The notes under the pieces are model-generated. The model did not search any database. It saw nothing but the letters and a program-made list of their open reading frames with translations, and was not told the DNA's origin. DNA of 64,000 nt, taken from NCBI GenBank assembly GCA_903813345.2, contig CAIIXF020000001.1:9052001-9116000 (forward strand), read 5' to 3'. A program made the translations under genes and the position numbers. Below are positions 58,444-64,000 of this stretch, piece after piece. The stretch comes from Owenia fusiformis. Taxonomy: Eukaryota. The first letter of the stretch is position 1. The number at the start of each line of letters is the position of its first letter.

Positions 58444-61400
58444 CCAATTTTTTTGGGACAGTGTATGGCAGTCAGCGGTTGTCATCTGTAACAAATGGTA
58501 GGTGGTGAAATTTTGCATGTTTATTCCTTGTTTATATTGCCATTTACCAGAATCTGTCAATTACAATCATTTTCTGCAATTGGATTTTGGTTGTAAGTCT
58601 TAAAATGAATTTTCACAATGTGTATCAATGTTTACTCTTAAAAATTGTATCTTAATGCATTGATTTTCAATTATTGCGCAACACAACTCTATGAGGTAAA
58701 ATTATTACCACCTTTGCCGGGCCTGTTCTAGGGGTATTAGTGCAAGTTTAGAAGGCTTTTATTTTACTATATTGACCTGAGCAATATGTGACGTCATAGT
58801 GCCAGGTCAATAATGATATTATCAGCCCGGTAATGTTTTCCGGGAAATGAGATATCGTTCAATGCATATAATTTTTGTTCAGTGGCAGTCCATTCTTGCT
58901 ATTTTAGCCCTGGGCATAAATGGTGGTAATAATACTAGAAGACACTTGGTCCAATATTTCACTATACTAGTATTGCCCTTTAAAATGACGTTATTGTAAT
59001 ATTGTTATAAAGGTATTCTGATTGTGATATTTTATTCCAAACTTAACAGCATTTCAAAATAATATATACAAATATACAGAGCCATGTATCATGACAAGCT
59101 TTTCTTATGTTACATTCATTTGATTGAATTTGTTAAAACTTTGAAATGTAATTAGTATACAAATGGAAGCTGTAAGAAACACATACTAGTATTTTATTTA
59201 TTTAAACATGCACCTCATAAATACAGAAGTTCAAAAATCATTTAGTATTATCCACATTTATTAATATGAGAACTACTGACATAGCTGTAATATTGGTTTT
59301 TTAATGCATAATTTCAATTTTTTGCCGTTGTATTTTTGGGATCTGTGCTTAATACTAGAAAAATTAGTTAAGCCAATATAATTAGAACTGGTGAATTTTC
59401 AAGATTTGCCCCTAAACACTGTTCCTTGTTCCCAGTTGACAGGTGTTCCTTTCAGAGGGGAGGGTGTAGATCAATGGAAAAATATTTGGTTATTTTGAAA
59501 AGTGTTCATTGTTGACAGGCGTTCTTAGAAATGTGTTCCATCGGACAGGTTTTACTGTATATCCAAACACCTCTCTAAATCGAACACCTCTCAATGTGAA
59601 CACTTTTTCTCTATTAATTTTGTATCTCCTAACTTGAAATTTAGGTTTATCACAGTGTCATTTGGATTAGACAGGTTTTACTGTACATCCATTTCATGTA
59701 CGTTTACATATGAAGTAAATGTTTCTGCCTGTAGTTATGACTACTATGTTTCCAACACCTGTGCCTTATACCAGTGAAAGGGTCACAACACTGTTCTTTT
59801 TTGAGCTCAAAACTAATCATGCAGTGTATATCCAAATGAACTAAATGTCAATTTTGAGCAAGTGGGTTAGTAAAAGATGGCCCATTTTCAACCATAAAAT
59901 AATTTTATTATATATATATAGACTATATTAAATATGTGTAAAATAGTCAACAGTGTATGAGATGTGTGCTATGATACGAAGATATGAAATCCATCAATTC
60001 AATGAAAGGTGACCTGAGATGGTATTTGAAAAATGCCTTTGGGTTTGAACTTCCTTGCTTTAAAGGACATCATATAAACTACAGTTATAACTTAATTTAC
60101 ATGATAAAAATATAAAACCATCTATTCACATTAGATGATAAGAGATAGCTGACACATTTGGGCTAATTCCAAGATACAAAACATCCCCAGATGTAAATAG
60201 ATTTTATATAACAATACACATGGGGACAATACACAAAATGGCATGCACTGTATGGAGTATTAGAGATATATGGATATTACCAGTGTAGACCTTTAATCTC
60301 TGGTCTGTTATTTTTCAATGATGAAAGTTAAATTATACACGAGTGCAACTTCATTGATTTGTGTGTTAACAGTCCGAGCTAATCATTGAAATTGGAGGAC
60401 TTACCATATTTTACATCTGTATATTAATTAGTTAACATGAGGTATTGGATTGCAATTCTCTAAGTGCTTCCATGTTTATTTCCCTGTGAAGGTAATACAT
60501 CAATAAATGTCTATTAATTGGAAACTTGATATATAATATCGATACGCATTTCAATAATTGGATTTAATAATAAATAGATTAATAATTAATCCCTGGCTGA
60601 CTTATCTTATGAAGTACAGTATATATTTTACAACTGCCTCCTTATGGTGAAGTACTGATAACGTTTATGATTGCGATATTAGTGCAAAGACTCTCTGTTG
60701 TATTTAGGTATTTAGCTACCTCTACCTTATATGTTTATTTCAATTGTCCTTCTGTTTTATTTACTCAAATACCAACTTGTAAAAATATGTTAAAATATTG
60801 GTGAGATTGAATAAATTGTTAGTTCCATTATGTGTTAGACCATGGACTTGGTGAATCTGATAAAGTCCCTGATTATGTAAATTCCCTTTGTTTTTTCTTG
60901 CTAATGTACTTTAATTTTGCAACCATCGCAAACGATGATGGATGGTGTCGAAAAAAGATGGCAGCATTTCTTAATAATCAATTAAGTTCTAACAGAATGT
61001 TTATATGCACTTTAGCATATTCAGTGTTTTGGTTGCTGGCATCATTGACATCGACATTTGTATCATTTGATTTTGTGAAAACTAGGGCTTTGGCAGTTCA
61101 CCAAATTCTTGGTTGGTTTATTTTGTCTTCTTTTTCGATTCCAAGAAGTATTTTGAATAATAAACATTTTAGTTGATCTCAAATCATGTATATCATATTC
61201 AAGGTATAGGTCATGTATACCTGAAATGCAGCCAGAAGAACTGCAAAGATTTATTATTGGAGCCCGGGTAAAAGCAAACAAGACAGGGGTTCATTAGCAG
61301 CAGGCAACAGGCGATTTTCACCAGTTGTTTTCACAAAATTGCCAGTTTTCAACTTTTCTATGTTAAATTTATGATTTCCATTAATTTTGCCTGTTTTTTT

Positions 61401-62759
61401 AATTTATTTAGCCTTTTGTGAGAAATTCTAGTGAAACCCCTGCAAGGGGTGCCCGTATTAAAAGGAAATGTTTCAATCATGGAAACTAAATGAAACCTCT
61501 TAAGATCATATATATTAGCGTGCTGTGTTTAATACATATTGTGAATCAATAAAGTCAAATAATTGAATTATGGAAGCCCATCATTGGGATTAATTAATAT
61601 TAAGATTTTATTATCGATAAATCGCAATACATTTTATAAAACTAAAATATCTAAAGGCTTTTAATAATATATGATAGGGGTATGTTTGACTCTTTGATCA
61701 TATGCCCTGATGTGTTTGGGTATTAGGAATTGTATGGTTGCAAAGTGGTACTCCATAATCCATAGAGATAAAGGTAATCAGGCTATATAAGTCTCAGGTG
61801 GAATTTTTAGAACTACTGCACAAACTAGGCACCTTATCATGAGACAATGGACTTTTGACTCTAGATAAAACAAAGGAATCGTTTTTCATAATTTTATATA
61901 AATTCATTACAAAATTGCTAGGTTTTCAGATTCAATGAAATTTTAATTGGATTGAAATCAACATTAATTGTAGAATAAGAGAACAATGAAATAATATTGA
62001 AAATACAGATTATCTTATCAACTCCGATGATTAATGAGGGTGATGATTTAGGTATAATATGTTAAAGAGTCTACTTCTTGTCTTGAATAACACTCAATCA
62101 ATCTTGGTTTAACAAACTAAATTATGTATACGCAATGTGATGTGATTGGTGAATAAATACATATCTGAGACAATGGTGGTTTATTTACATTGTTGAAAGT
62201 CAACATTATGATAACGTCATGTTAAGTGTGTCAAGGTAGAGAAACAATGTAGAAAACAACCTGATTCGTCAACTTAGAGAAAATTCAAACAATATTAAGA
62301 CTTATCATCTTTCATATGTAGCACCAACAAATGGATTTACATCACAAGAGACTGAGCTAGAATGTATATTAAGGGATGAAGGTGTAAATATCGAGGGATA
62401 TAGAACACAATGCCAGTAGATTAAATGACATTTACACTGACAACAGGGACTTATATAATTCTTGGAGGTGTCAGGTTGCAATTTCCTGAAACTACGGGAT
62501 TGTCTGATAGGAGTGTCATGAGCCTTAATGTAAAATCAGAGATCATACTCCTATACTATGATAATGATCAACATATTGGATCAAAATACAACAATGAACT
62601 GTGAAAGAGAATAAAGCAGGCATTAGGCTAATTGATAATACATGCCCAAGAGGACATATTTACAAACAACAATAAGAAAAATACACATACGCAGTTTAAA
62701 ATTGTACGTAAACTAGATTTCAAAACTTAAGGTAGGTGTTCATCATATTCAGAACAATT

Positions 62760-63302
62760 ATGAAGAAGGGATTTTATGCCTTGATTGTACTGACCCTGCT
62801 AGTGGATCCTATATGTAGCATGGTGATGTTACCCGGTGGTTATGCCATGCCTAAGATATACACCTTTCAAGATGGGGACATACTACTCGGGGCACTCTTT
62901 CCAGTACATGCCTTTAATGAATCCTCCAACAGCCCTGGAAAATGTGGTGCCATCCAAGAACAAGATGGCATCCAAACTCTTGAGGCGATGTTGTTTGCGT
63001 TAGATGAGATCAACAATGACCCTGATTTCCTACCAGGTTTCACCCTGGGTGCAATAGCCTTGGATAGCTGCGACAATGAAATACACGCTGTAGATCAGGC
63101 AGTTGAGTTTGTGAAAGTCATGGTTTTTAAGTTATCTGAAACTGTGGATGAACTCCCCTTTGAATGCAGTGGAAATGACAGTGCGCCACATCTTAAACCT
63201 GAAGCAAAGACACTGGCAAAGATATCTGGGATCATTGGAGGCTCCTCCAGTGCTGTTTCCATACAGTTAGCGAGGCTCCTGAGGATCTTCAAAGTACCAC
63301 AG
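62760..63302 (+). CDS. First coding exon of a metabotropic glutamate receptor-like class C GPCR (signal peptide plus start of the Venus flytrap domain); the gene continues beyond the window
   Basis: GDILLGALFPVH, LEAMLFALDEINNDPDFLPGFTLG..LDSC, IIGGSSSAVSIQLARLLRIFKVPQ followed by CAG|GTGAGG. Confidence 0.9.
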
Positions 63303-63369
63303 GTGAGGCTTTTTCAATACTATATACAAACTGTACATGTTCTTATAATTCAAGATTCAAGTTATTATA

Positions 63370-63721
63370 CTGGGTGTCCCAAGAAATTGACCCCAAAGGA
63401 AACAGGAATAAATCCTTTTTTCTTCAACACAAAAAGTTTTCACATAATAAAGAGAATTTATTTTTCCAATAAACAGAGAGAAAATTTACAGAAATTTGTA
63501 GATTACTTAGTGAGAAATTTGACATTTTAGATGACATGCTCATGATTTGAAATTGAAAAAATGGGTGATGATTGATACTAAAAGAGTTACTAATACGGTT
63601 ACTTAAGTATAGGGTTACTTAATGAAACTTTTAAATGTTTATGATAATTAGATTGTCTGTCAGATGACCAAACTTCAAGAATATTCCATGTTTGTCGCGG
63701 CACAATCTTTTGGGTACCCTG
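63370..63721. mobile_element. Tc1/mariner-like MITE
   Basis: TA-flanked CTGGGTGTCCCAA ... TTGGGTACCCTG. Confidence 0.5.
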
Positions 63722-64000
63722 TATAAAATATGGAAATGTAAAGATTTAAAGTAAATCAGCATAATTATATGTAAGTTATTCTGATTCCATACATTCACTT
63801 CTATGAAGCTACTCACATTTTACATGCTATATTGATGTAGATGTAGATTAATGCTGAACATTTGCAGTAGTTAAACTAAAGAACCTATCATTTGGTTCAC
63901 TATTGTAAGAAATTACATATGGGATACAATGCATTACTGCCTTCTTAATTTTGTGAAAGAGGAATGGCTTCCTAGATGTGACATGAAACATATTTAACAT

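Noticed and set aside
60832-61176. 114-aa hydrophobic ORF
   Set aside because: Non-ATG start, T-rich intergenic composition and no family motif
63303-63530. C-terminal 75 aa of the listed 264-aa mGluR ORF
   Set aside because: Read-through into the intron after the CAG|GTGAGG donor; overlaps a MITE

Overview
AT-rich invertebrate (probably lophotrochozoan) nuclear DNA. The first 17 kb is an intact, apparently very recent minus-strand Ty3/Gypsy LTR retrotransposon. It has a 2597-aa gag-pol ORF, a tRNA-Leu PBS, a PPT and unusually long (4414 bp) LTRs that look identical to each other. Each LTR carries 25 tandem 91-bp units. Each unit folds into a 20-bp hairpin that is fully paired only on the element's sense strand (four G-U pairs), and the array is followed by a 68-aa single-pass membrane ORF. 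The polyprotein ends in a 378-aa RD/RS-rich extension that has its own candidate splice acceptor and ATG. The rest of the window holds a 4-exon NDUFA11 gene and a 12-exon MFSD8/CLN7-like transporter with a duplicated, probably mutually exclusive exon 4. Two antisense intronless peptide-type GPCR paralogues (one frameshifted) are nested in transporter intron 7. Downstream are a 1379-bp triplication with templated inverted junction inserts and the first coding exon of an mGluR-like class C GPCR. Many MITE-like DNA elements are scattered throughout. All calls were made by eye; no database searches were run.
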